DNA of 64,000 bases. It comes from a virus (lineage: Duplodnaviria; Caudoviricetes). This document shows positions 1 through 7,993 of this stretch, piece by piece (the first letter of the stretch is position 1; each line of letters begins with the position of its first letter). Under the pieces are notes generated by a model. That model was not told the DNA's origin. It did not search any database and saw nothing but the letters and a program-made list of their open reading frames with translations. Position numbers and translations under genes: made by a program. The stretch lies in the IMG/VR virus record IMGVR_UViG_3300006922_000005; one strand, given 5' to 3'.

Positions 1-64
1 AAGGCTGTAACACTACTAGCACAGTTACCCGCAGAATAAATACTCAAAACAACAAGGATTAAAC

Positions 65-256
65 ATGAGACATCGACTAGCAGGACTACTATTTTTAGGG
101 TTAGGCCTAATATTTTTATACAAAGACATGCACATGGGACATAGTATGCATTCAACCACACTACTAGGGTTTGGAGAAATGACGTGGATGTGGTTTACAA
201 TGGCTATAGTACACTTTGTCATACGTGATTGCTCATGTAAAAACTGTAGAAAATAG
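65..256 (+). CDS. small putative membrane protein
   Basis: 63-aa ORF with two hydrophobic segments; TAAATA at 37-42 upstream. Confidence 0.5.
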   Translation: MRHRLAGLLFLGLGLIFLYKDMHMGHSMHSTTLLGFGEMTWMWFTMAIVHFVIRDCSCKNCRK

Positions 257-456
257 GTGTCTATAACGCTGTATAAGCGTCATACACGCTAACTAATACT
301 GTAACGAGTACAAATACGTACGAAGTACGCTAGAACACGTTTAAGAGCCATTTAAACACCAAACATCCAAAAAGAACACTTTATAAGCACAGTCAAAAGC
401 ATGTAGGATAAATACTGGGTCATTTAAATACAGTTGCACTCCAAAAGTAACCAGGG

Positions 457-699
457 GTGGTCAAAAGGAACTGTACAATTTTTTTAAAAAAACGCTATCA
501 ATTTTGTGTGTACACACGTCAAACTGAATTCAAAGAAGTGGTTGCATGGTGCTCTACCAACGATCTAGACTATGAAATACACCTAGCAAGAACACGCTTT
601 TGGGTGCCCAGAGGACGATTGTTGACACAGTTTTTACTACGGTGGGGAACAGTGTGCAAGAACGTAGACGGAGAGAAGGACCACAGTTTGGGTAGATAA
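457..699 (+). CDS. hypothetical protein (start uncertain)
   Basis: 80-aa ORF; GTG start lacks an obvious SD; TAAATA at 409-414 and 425-430. Confidence 0.5.
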   Translation: MVKRNCTIFLKKRYQFCVYTRQTEFKEVVAWCSTNDLDYEIHLARTRFWVPRGRLLTQFLLRWGTVCKNVDGEKDHSLGR

Positions 700-798
700 A
701 AATGCTACCGCTTGTCGCTTCGCTCTAGTAAAAAATTTTCCGCAAACGCTTCGCTTGTTGTTGGCCTAGAACCACCCCCGCACACTATGTACACACAC

Positions 799-804
799 TA
801 AATA
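799..804 (+). promoter_or_regulatory. T4-type late promoter core (TAAATA) upstream of the riboswitch
   Basis: TAAATA; T4 late spacing puts +1 at 810, one base before riboswitch P1. Confidence 0.7.
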
Positions 805-809
805 CACAT

Positions 810-853
810 ACGTTCAGACAATAGTCCGGAAGTAGCATAATGCGAAGGAACGC
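810..853 (+). ncRNA. glutamine riboswitch, glnA (glutamine-I) class, cis-regulatory
   Basis: CGTTC(811-815)/GAACG(848-852) P1; GAC-AATA-GTC P2; CGGAAGTA junction; GCA-TAA-TGC P3; GAAG E-loop strand; conserved C after P1; SD GGAGG at 871-875 and ATG at 881. Confidence 0.88.
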
Positions 854-880
854 ACCTAACTTTAACAAAAGGAGGGTGAA

Positions 881-1072
881 ATGAGCAGATTCGATCATCT
901 ACACAAACAGTACAGAGAGGCTCGTGTGAAAGCACGTAAGAATGCCATACTTGCACGTAGTCGACTAAACGTTGACACTAATGCAGGTGGTACTAGTGGA
1001 TACACTGTCAAGCACGGAGCCAACACAGGTCTTGTGCTTAACCATATAACTGTATCCAAACGAACTATATAA
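881..1072 (+). CDS. small basic protein under glutamine riboswitch; possible GS-inactivating-factor-like
   Basis: 63 aa, strong SD (AAAAGGAGG), Arg/Lys-rich N-half with K-x-R-x3-I-L-x-R. Confidence 0.75.
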   Translation: MSRFDHLHKQYREARVKARKNAILARSRLNVDTNAGGTSGYTVKHGANTGLVLNHITVSKRTI

Positions 1073-1132
1073 CGACACTCAGGGGCTTGTTCAAACGATG
1101 AGTCCCTGTGCGTACACTCGTTAAATACACAT

Positions 1133-1813
1133 ATGCGTAAGTACATATGGCGACATCACGAAATACCCTTTGCACAACAGTTCACAGATCTAGCACCTCA
1201 ATTGATGCAAGACTTTTTACAAGTTCATCCTGAAGTACTAGAACAACAAGAACAGCAGAGCAAGGGCGATGAAGAAAAGTATTGGCATGACATCAACGGG
1301 TGGGTGCCTTTGGGCGTACTCTATCAAAAGCAGTGGGCAGACAAAGAACGTGTGATCAAAAAAAACTATCCCACAGCACACAAACTAGTAAAGATGTTTG
1401 GCGATGATGTAAACGTAGCAAGTTATAGTTTGCTCAAACCAGGTGCAAAGATTCCACTGCACAACGGAGATGAAGAAAACCGTTACTGCAAATACATAAG
1501 ATGTCATATACCTTTGATGATACCTGAAGGTGACATGGGTCTTTGGGTTATGGGTCAACGCATAGGTTGGAGAGATGGTGTGTTTGGTTTTGACAACTCA
1601 GGCGTACACATTGCATGGTCAAATGCTACCACAAACAGATTGGTTTTTATTATAGACATACACAGATCAGCATTGGGAATTCCACCCAACAAGTACATGC
1701 GTAGTCGTTGGGACTGGTGGGAATACACCAAGTTATGCACCGCCGCAGTGTTTAGAACTGTGGTAAATACGTTTAACAAGGAGATACTCTATGGCACAAA
1801 AAGAAGTAGATAA
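1133..1813 (+). CDS. aspartyl/asparaginyl beta-hydroxylase domain protein (AspH/LpxO-like 2OG-Fe(II) oxygenase)
   Basis: SLLKPGAKIPLHNGD...RCHIPLMIP...FGFDNSGVHIAWS...RLVFIIDI pattern. Confidence 0.8.
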   Translation: MRKYIWRHHEIPFAQQFTDLAPQLMQDFLQVHPEVLEQQEQQSKGDEEKYWHDINGWVPLGVLYQKQWADKERVIKKNYPTAHKLVKMFGDDVNVASYSLLKPGAKIPLHNGDEENRYCKYIRCHIPLMIPEGDMGLWVMGQRIGWRDGVFGFDNSGVHIAWSNATTNRLVFIIDIHRSALGIPPNKYMRSRWDWWEYTKLCTAAVFRTVVNTFNKEILYGTKRSR

Positions 1814-1973
1814 ACAAGGTATGATCAAGCAAGGCGAATTTACAGGTCAAAAGCCTACAGTAGATTCTGCAACAATCAATAAACCCGCTGAACGTGAAAA
1901 CAGTAAAGCATATCAACGTGCGGCTGATGGAAAAATTAAAACTACAACCCAGCAGTTAAAAAAACTAAGATAG
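1791..1973 (+). CDS. hypothetical protein
   Basis: 60-aa ORF, SD GGAG upstream, operon-like overlap. Confidence 0.55.
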   Translation: MAQKEVDKQGMIKQGEFTGQKPTVDSATINKPAERENSKAYQRAADGKIKTTTQQLKKLR

Positions 1974-1982
1974 GACTCTAAC

Positions 1983-2543
1983 GTGTATTCCGGACCTAAC
2001 AGTTTGCAGGGTAAAGTTCTAATATCTCAACCAACCACAAATAGTCCTTTCTTTAACGAAAGTGTTATACTTGTTTGTGAGCATCATGCCAAAGGTGCTT
2101 GGGGATTAGTAGTCAACAAACCACATCCTAGTTTAGATCTAAAAACAGTTTCACAAGGTATTGATTGCGGAATATATTCCAACGAACATGTGTTCCAAGG
2201 TGGTCCTGTAGCACAAGAAGGCCTGCATTTTATTCATACACCAGACTGTACTGTTAGTGATACGTTTAGTGTAACTCCAGGTTTGTGTGTTACCAGCAGT
2301 GAAGCAATGCTACGTGAAATAGGTGAGAACCGTGGTCCAAGCAATTGGAGATTGTGTGTTGGTGTTAGCACTTGGCAAGCAGGACAACTGGAAGGTGAAA
2401 TGGGAGGAGAACCTCCATGGACGCCACAACACAAATGGTTGTATACAACTTGTCCAATCAATCTATTAGAAATTCCTATACAGACTCTGTGGCAAAGTGC
2501 TACATCAGAAAGTATCAGTGAGAGTGTAAAAAACTTATTTTAA
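1983..2543 (+). CDS. YqgE/AlgH (DUF179) family protein
   Basis: F..SVILVCEH...GAWGLVVNKP, VFQGGPV, CVGVSTWQAGQLEGE motifs; GTG start. Confidence 0.85.
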   Translation: MYSGPNSLQGKVLISQPTTNSPFFNESVILVCEHHAKGAWGLVVNKPHPSLDLKTVSQGIDCGIYSNEHVFQGGPVAQEGLHFIHTPDCTVSDTFSVTPGLCVTSSEAMLREIGENRGPSNWRLCVGVSTWQAGQLEGEMGGEPPWTPQHKWLYTTCPINLLEIPIQTLWQSATSESISESVKNLF

Positions 2544-3973
2544 TCAGAGTCAACATTTAGATTCTTAAGCATGTCACGTAGTTTACTGCTTTGTGCTTTA
2601 CCGCTTATCTTACCTATTGTATCACCATCGCCTGGTTCACGTAGTGCAGTTTCTTCTCCTGCATCATGACTTGATTCTGTTACAGTTGATTGTTTCTTTA
2701 TACCGCTTACAATTGAACTACCTGTGCTTTGATATGATTGTTGTTCATCTTCTGCAAGATCTCTAATACGCAAACTGTCTACATCAAATTCTAAATCTAC
2801 TTTTTGTCCTACACCACTAGATGATCTAGTTTTCATAAACTGTATTTGATATCTTCCACGTTCTTTCATTGCTCTACTTGTAAAGATACCTATCACGTTA
2901 TCAGCAGTTTGTATCTTACTCAACCCTCCACTGATGTGCGAGTGATCAAATTCTATTTCTTCTACTGCCGCTCTGTTTAACTGCGATGCTGTCACAAACA
3001 CACACTGCATTTCCATTGCCAAGTTACGTAGTTCTTCACTTACATATTTGTCTTTAACAAACAAATCACTTGGCGATACTTTAATACTCAACGGCATCAT
3101 CAAATCTAAATAGTCAATCAATAACACATCTGGCTTACACTTGTTTTTAATTGACCATTCTTTAACATAACTTCTTAGATCATTTGCGTTCTTACCACTT
3201 GGCATATACTTAATTTGTATGCGTCCGCTTTTCTTGCCCATCATCTTAACTTTCATTTCTATGTCATCAAGATTCTTAAACACATCTCTAGTAGCAACTC
3301 CTGTAAGCATACTATCAATACGCATTGCCGTTAGTGCTTCTGAAAGTTCTAAACTAATATATAACACGTTCATGCCTTCTAGTGCAAAGTTCACAGCCAT
3401 ATTCTGCAAGAACAAACTCTTACCTGCACCTGATCCACCTGCCCATATATTAAGTTCACCTCTGTTGAATCCACCAAACAGTTTTCTATCAATGCTTGGC
3501 CAACCTGTGCTTACTTGTCCGTTGTTGTCTTTTAGTCCTTCTAGTCTACCTTTAGGATCAGCAAAGTAATCTGTACCCATATCTTTTGCAAGACCAATTT
3601 GTATTGCTTCTTTTACTAGTCCTTCAACTGGACCATACTCACCTTTTTCAAGTAAGTCAGCACTCTTAAGAATTGCACGTTCTAGTGCTTTGTGTCTACT
3701 AAACTGTTCAAATGTATCCAACAACCAATCTGTGTGTTCTTGTCCTATACTACTTGCATCTTTTAATGTTGTACCACAACTAGTGTTAACAATATCAAGT
3801 TCAGGCATAACTTTGTATTCATCAACATACTTGCTAATAAATTCTGCACCATCACGTAGTTGTTGATCAAAGTTTTCACTTTCAAAAATGCCTTGACATC
3901 TAACAAATGCTTCTGCATCTGAAAGAAACATTTCTAAAAACAACTTCTGTATTTCTTGATTAAAATCTTGCAT
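2540..3973 (-). CDS. replicative DnaB-like helicase (T4 gp41-like)
   Basis: Walker A GGSGAGKS, YISLELSE, LLIDYLDLM, TASQLNR, KTRSS. Confidence 0.93.
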   Translation of the reverse strand: MQDFNQEIQKLFLEMFLSDAEAFVRCQGIFESENFDQQLRDGAEFISKYVDEYKVMPELDIVNTSCGTTLKDASSIGQEHTDWLLDTFEQFSRHKALERAILKSADLLEKGEYGPVEGLVKEAIQIGLAKDMGTDYFADPKGRLEGLKDNNGQVSTGWPSIDRKLFGGFNRGELNIWAGGSGAGKSLFLQNMAVNFALEGMNVLYISLELSEALTAMRIDSMLTGVATRDVFKNLDDIEMKVKMMGKKSGRIQIKYMPSGKNANDLRSYVKEWSIKNKCKPDVLLIDYLDLMMPLSIKVSPSDLFVKDKYVSEELRNLAMEMQCVFVTASQLNRAAVEEIEFDHSHISGGLSKIQTADNVIGIFTSRAMKERGRYQIQFMKTRSSSGVGQKVDLEFDVDSLRIRDLAEDEQQSYQSTGSSIVSGIKKQSTVTESSHDAGEETALREPGDGDTIGKISGKAQSSKLRDMLKNLNVDSD

Positions 3974-3997
3974 AGTTATATTATACTACCTTTTTGT

Positions 3998-5014
3998 TTA
4001 TTCTGCAAAGTAAGTTTTCGCCAATAGTTGAATCTTCAAGCCTGTTACTTTAGATGATACTATTTTTTGCATTGTGTATATCTTACCGTATCGTTCAACT
4101 GCTTCTGCGACATCTTTAATATCGTTGTCGGGCCATTCAGGAAACGAAACGCTCCATCCATATTTAACTGCATCGGTTACCAGTTGTTCTCCACTTTGAT
4201 CCTTGTCAGGAACAACTATAACTTCACGTTGTAGACTGTTAATAAGCATACTCTGTTGATCGTTTACTTCATTACGTAGTACTGCTACACCGCCTACACT
4301 AATAGCATCAAACGGACCTTCTACTACAATTACAAACTGTCTATCATATCCTTGACCATCTAAGTTAAACACATAGCCTGGTTGACTATCTGTAATATAC
4401 TTAGGTGAGCCGTCGCCTAGTTTACGAGCAGTGTATCCGACTATGTCCCCTTGATAATAAAATGGAACTATCAGCCTTGACTTGTATGATCCTTCGCAGG
4501 TCCACATAAAGTCGTAGTCCTCAATATCAAGGCCACGATCGTTAACTATATATTCGACGGCTCTAATGAACTCTGGATCTAATCCACTTGGTTCGAGTGC
4601 TTTCCAATCATGCCACTCCATTATAGGTTTGGCACCAACTGGCAGTTCTTTCTTTTCAAATACAGGCAACTGTATAGTAGGTGTTCCACCGTCTATGACG
4701 TGCTCCTCTTTTATACGTAGTGCCTCCAAAGCAATTTTGGTTATCTCTGAGTTTGGCATTCCGAACCATCCAAGTAGTTTCTTCATCTTGTAAGATAAGT
4801 TTCTACCCGGAATGAATGATGCTGTATAGCCACAGTTAAAACAGTGATAACTCACTGTACCGTCACCATTAAACATTATTCCACCACGCTTACGTTTGTC
4901 TGTGCTTTCGCCGTTATGAACACAGCATGGAGCATCAAAAGAAATCCACCCACTAGGAGTTTGCTTTCTTTTTGCAGGCAAGGTAGTCGTAATGCTAGAT
5001 TGTATCGAATTCAT
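3998..5014 (-). CDS. DNA primase (T4 gp61-like)
   Basis: N-terminal Zn finger (PCCVH...YHCFNCG), TOPRIM VEGPFDA and VPDKD; adjacent to helicase. Confidence 0.88.
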   Translation of the reverse strand: MNSIQSSITTTLPAKRKQTPSGWISFDAPCCVHNGESTDKRKRGGIMFNGDGTVSYHCFNCGYTASFIPGRNLSYKMKKLLGWFGMPNSEITKIALEALRIKEEHVIDGGTPTIQLPVFEKKELPVGAKPIMEWHDWKALEPSGLDPEFIRAVEYIVNDRGLDIEDYDFMWTCEGSYKSRLIVPFYYQGDIVGYTARKLGDGSPKYITDSQPGYVFNLDGQGYDRQFVIVVEGPFDAISVGGVAVLRNEVNDQQSMLINSLQREVIVVPDKDQSGEQLVTDAVKYGWSVSFPEWPDNDIKDVAEAVERYGKIYTMQKIVSSKVTGLKIQLLAKTYFAE

Positions 5015-5023
5015 ATTACTAGT

Positions 5024-5851
5024 TTAACTTCTAACTAGTACTTTGTCAAGTGTTCCGGTGTTCGAATTGTCAGGTAAATGCTTTATTTTGAAGTAATTAT
5101 ATACTCCTGTAACATTAGCATAACCAATTGTGTCTTGGTTTGTTAAACTAATAGTAGTTAAATCTACCCAACTAGTATCAGCAGTAACTTGGCTGTCTAA
5201 TGTACCTTGTATTGTAACATCGCCTGTGTACGCATTACTATAGTGTGTAAACGTATGTATAGCATTGTTGCGTTTGTACTCTGCTTGTGCATCTACAATA
5301 CTACTAAAGTATTCTGTAATCTGTCCGCCATATGTATAAAAATGTGACGTAGTAGGACGAGTAAACTCTGTGTTTGGTAATTCAACACTGTTTGTAAATG
5401 CAGGATATACATGATCAACAATTTCTAAAGTACCAGCAACGCCATAGTGTGTGTTTGCATAAGTTGCATGGTTACCTGAACCGCCAATAGTTCTAGTAAC
5501 ACTAAACTTATAAAACTTGCTTACTAAAGACGCCGTATCGCTCTCTGTAAGCGTGATTGTAGCAACACCCTTTGTAGATGTTGTACTGCCGTCATCAAGT
5601 GTTGTACATGCTTTTTGTAGGTGTACAGCACCGGTTTCGTTGTTCACTAAATTAAATGTTAGTGTTTCGCCGTTGATGTCTAACGGTTTCTGGTCTTGGT
5701 TTTTAACGGTAAATTTAATGGTGTTTGTAACACCCTTAACTACCTGAATATCTTTCTGGTACATTGGCGTATATCCTTGTTTTACGGCCCCGTCCAAATC
5801 ACTGAACAAGGTAAATCCGGTTTCATAAATATATATGGGTAACTTATGCAT
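5024..5851 (-). CDS. hypothetical beta-rich protein, possibly virion structural (BppU-like N-terminus)
   Basis: 275 aa, Thr-rich, NTIKFTVKNQDQKPLDI pattern. Confidence 0.5.
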   Translation of the reverse strand: MHKLPIYIYETGFTLFSDLDGAVKQGYTPMYQKDIQVVKGVTNTIKFTVKNQDQKPLDINGETLTFNLVNNETGAVHLQKACTTLDDGSTTSTKGVATITLTESDTASLVSKFYKFSVTRTIGGSGNHATYANTHYGVAGTLEIVDHVYPAFTNSVELPNTEFTRPTTSHFYTYGGQITEYFSSIVDAQAEYKRNNAIHTFTHYSNAYTGDVTIQGTLDSQVTADTSWVDLTTISLTNQDTIGYANVTGVYNYFKIKHLPDNSNTGTLDKVLVRS

Positions 5852-5888
5852 ATTGAGTTCATCCTATAATACTATTTATTGGAAAGAC

Positions 5889-6263
5889 ATGACAACAGTA
5901 CAAGAAGATTTACAAGAAAAGTTTCCGTTTTTAAGTTGTTTAAAACACGGTGATAATGAATACGTTGGTATAATCATTAACCAAGATTCAAGTGTTACAA
6001 GTATATATGATTATTCTACATGTAACAACGATGCACAAAAACTACGTCTACTAGAATGTGGCGATAGTTGGTGGTGGGAGTCTAATAGAAAAATACCAAT
6101 CAACATCTTTATGAAACAAGATATGGCGCCGTTCAGAAGTCTTATTAAGACGTTTGCGACAAAAGATGTAGAATTATTATTCGGACCTATGGTTAGGTTA
6201 AATGATATAACTGAAAAAAGAATTAAAAGAAAGAGTATTCAGTTAGTAAGAAAGATCAAATAG
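5889..6263 (+). CDS. hypothetical protein
   Basis: ORF track 5835-6263; ATG 5889 preferred because it avoids overlap with the divergent gene. Confidence 0.65.
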   Translation: MTTVQEDLQEKFPFLSCLKHGDNEYVGIIINQDSSVTSIYDYSTCNNDAQKLRLLECGDSWWWESNRKIPINIFMKQDMAPFRSLIKTFATKDVELLFGPMVRLNDITEKRIKRKSIQLVRKIK

Positions 6264-6492
6264 TATTTGTATTTTTATACCTTAACCAAGCAAAATAATC
6301 AACAACTAAAAACTGTAACAATATTCCTAAAGGTACTAAAGTCCCTCCGAATAGTATCCATGGAAGAATAAACATCCACAACAAAAGCCTAAACAGATAC
6401 TTCATAACAAGTTCACTAGGTACAGTCCATGTCAACCACGGACCTGGATCTTTAATATTTTTTTGTCTATAATCTTCCCACTCGTAATTCAT
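6256..6492 (-). CDS. small membrane protein
   Basis: 78 aa with a long hydrophobic stretch; in operon. Confidence 0.6.
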   Translation of the reverse strand: MNYEWEDYRQKNIKDPGPWLTWTVPSELVMKYLFRLLLWMFILPWILFGGTLVPLGILLQFLVVDYFAWLRYKNTNTI

Positions 6493-6755
6493 TAGACAAA
6501 CCTTTCTTTTACACTAGCACAATCTACACAAAGTTCTACACCGGGTACTAGTTCTTGTCTTGCTTTAGGTATTTCGTTACCACATTCAATACATTCTTCT
6601 AGACTTGGTTTTAGTTTTTGTTTGGCTAGTTTCTCCCTATGCTTTCTTAATACTGCTTCGTTCTCTAGTAATGCACTTACTTGTGCAATCTCTTGTTCTT
6701 CAAATGTGTCGTTGTTAAAAATAAATTGTTCTTCATTATTCATATATTTCTTCAC
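6492..6755 (-). CDS. TraR/DksA C4-type zinc finger protein
   Basis: CIECGNEIPKARQELVPGVELCVDCAS. Confidence 0.9.
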   Translation of the reverse strand: MKKYMNNEEQFIFNNDTFEEQEIAQVSALLENEAVLRKHREKLAKQKLKPSLEECIECGNEIPKARQELVPGVELCVDCASVKERFV

Positions 6756-7305
6756 AGATTAAATTCATATGTACCACAATCGCATGTGCATAAGCAACTG
6801 CGTGTGCCTTTTTAAAGTAGTATTCATCACCTGTCGGTTTTGTCCACACTTCGTTCATTATCGTTTGCCAGTCCTTGTTCGCTAGATGTCTTTTCGCTGG
6901 ACGAATTATCGCTAGTGTCGCCGCTAATTTTTCTACCGAGTTGGGCTTCAATACTTTCAATAGTTCGCTGTGCCCGTTTAGATGAAAGACTCTTTCGCTG
7001 AAGTCTTCGTGTTCCAATAGTTCCCATAATGGTTCCTTTCCCATAAGTCTTTGTAAATGTTCTTCGTTCTTGACATGCTCATATATGTGAACATTAAGCA
7101 TATCAATTTTAAAGTAACCACGTTCATCTGCAACTTTATGATCTAAAGTACAGCGTCCAGTAAACGGATCAAGCGGAGCATTGTGAAAGTATACACCTGT
7201 GTTATGTTTCTTTAATTGATCTTTTTCATTTCGTGATCCTTTAATATGCTTAAACTTTGTTAGCACATTATCACGATCAAAAAAATCTAAATCAATATCA
7301 GGCAT
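6736..7305 (-). CDS. miniature DNA polymerase III alpha (DnaE) catalytic-domain protein
   Basis: MPDIDLDF, HNTGVYF, FKIDMLN, FKKAHAVAYA match DnaE palm/fingers motifs. Confidence 0.8.
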   Translation of the reverse strand: MPDIDLDFFDRDNVLTKFKHIKGSRNEKDQLKKHNTGVYFHNAPLDPFTGRCTLDHKVADERGYFKIDMLNVHIYEHVKNEEHLQRLMGKEPLWELLEHEDFSERVFHLNGHSELLKVLKPNSVEKLAATLAIIRPAKRHLANKDWQTIMNEVWTKPTGDEYYFKKAHAVAYAHAIVVHMNLICEEIYE

Positions 7306-7535
7306 TATTTTTTACTCTTTGCTTCGTATTCGTCTTTTAGTTTTTGTAAGTGCGGAGGTAAATCCCAACCAAACACTGCCGCAAGTTGGCCGCCACTGTT
7401 TTCCCAGTCTGAACTTTTAATACCTTTTTTCATACCAAATCCTAATCCGCCTTTTGTTTTAGTGTGTATCTCCGGATCGTATTGTGAGTGATCCGAATAT
7501 TTGTTACTTTGTTTTTTCATACATTTGTCTATCAT
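7305..7535 (-). CDS. hypothetical protein
   Basis: 76-aa ORF, abutting operon neighbours. Confidence 0.55.
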   Translation of the reverse strand: MIDKCMKKQSNKYSDHSQYDPEIHTKTKGGLGFGMKKGIKSSDWENSGGQLAAVFGWDLPPHLQKLKDEYEAKSKK

Positions 7536-7707
7536 TTGCGATATCTCTTGCTAGTGCTTGGATATCTTGAACAAGTTCATTTATTAGATGTTCTTGCTCG
7601 TTAGTTCTATCCCCTTTTGGGATATCATATTTAAGTCTACGTAAGTTCATAGACTTGTTATACATTACACTTACTTTATCACATAGTTGACTGATCTTGT
7701 GTAGCAT
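7504..7707 (-). CDS. hypothetical protein
   Basis: 67-aa ORF in operon. Confidence 0.55.
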   Translation of the reverse strand: MLHKISQLCDKVSVMYNKSMNLRRLKYDIPKGDRTNEQEHLINELVQDIQALARDIANDRQMYEKTK

Positions 7708-7993
7708 CAGTAACCTCCTCTGTTACATCTTCCTCAATAATATCTATATTATATACTGGAAATCCACTTCTGTCAAATGTTCTTTTGTCATCTGTGACGT
7801 AAATATGTGATTTAAAATTGCCATCTTTGCCTTCAACAAGTATAGACTTCTTGCTGATTTTACCTTTGTATTCTGTTCCGTCTTTTTGGATCATACGTAG
7901 TCTTAGATGTTCGCCTCCGTATATGCGGTCGATTGGTTCACCATTACGCATATTACTTACTACTCTCCATTCTCCTCTTTCTTCGTCAGTCAA
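7679..7993 (-). CDS. hypothetical protein
   Basis: 104-aa ORF in operon. Confidence 0.6.
   Translation of the reverse strand: MTDEERGEWRVVSNMRNGEPIDRIYGGEHLRLRMIQKDGTEYKGKISKKSILVEGKDGNFKSHIYVTDDKRTFDRSGFPVYNIDIIEEDVTEEVTDATQDQSTM

Noticed and set aside
810-1072. Assigning a cyanobacterial host from the glutamine riboswitch, halogenase and oxygenases
   Set aside because: No photosynthesis genes in the window, TraR/DksA points elsewhere, and these gene types are not restricted to cyanophages
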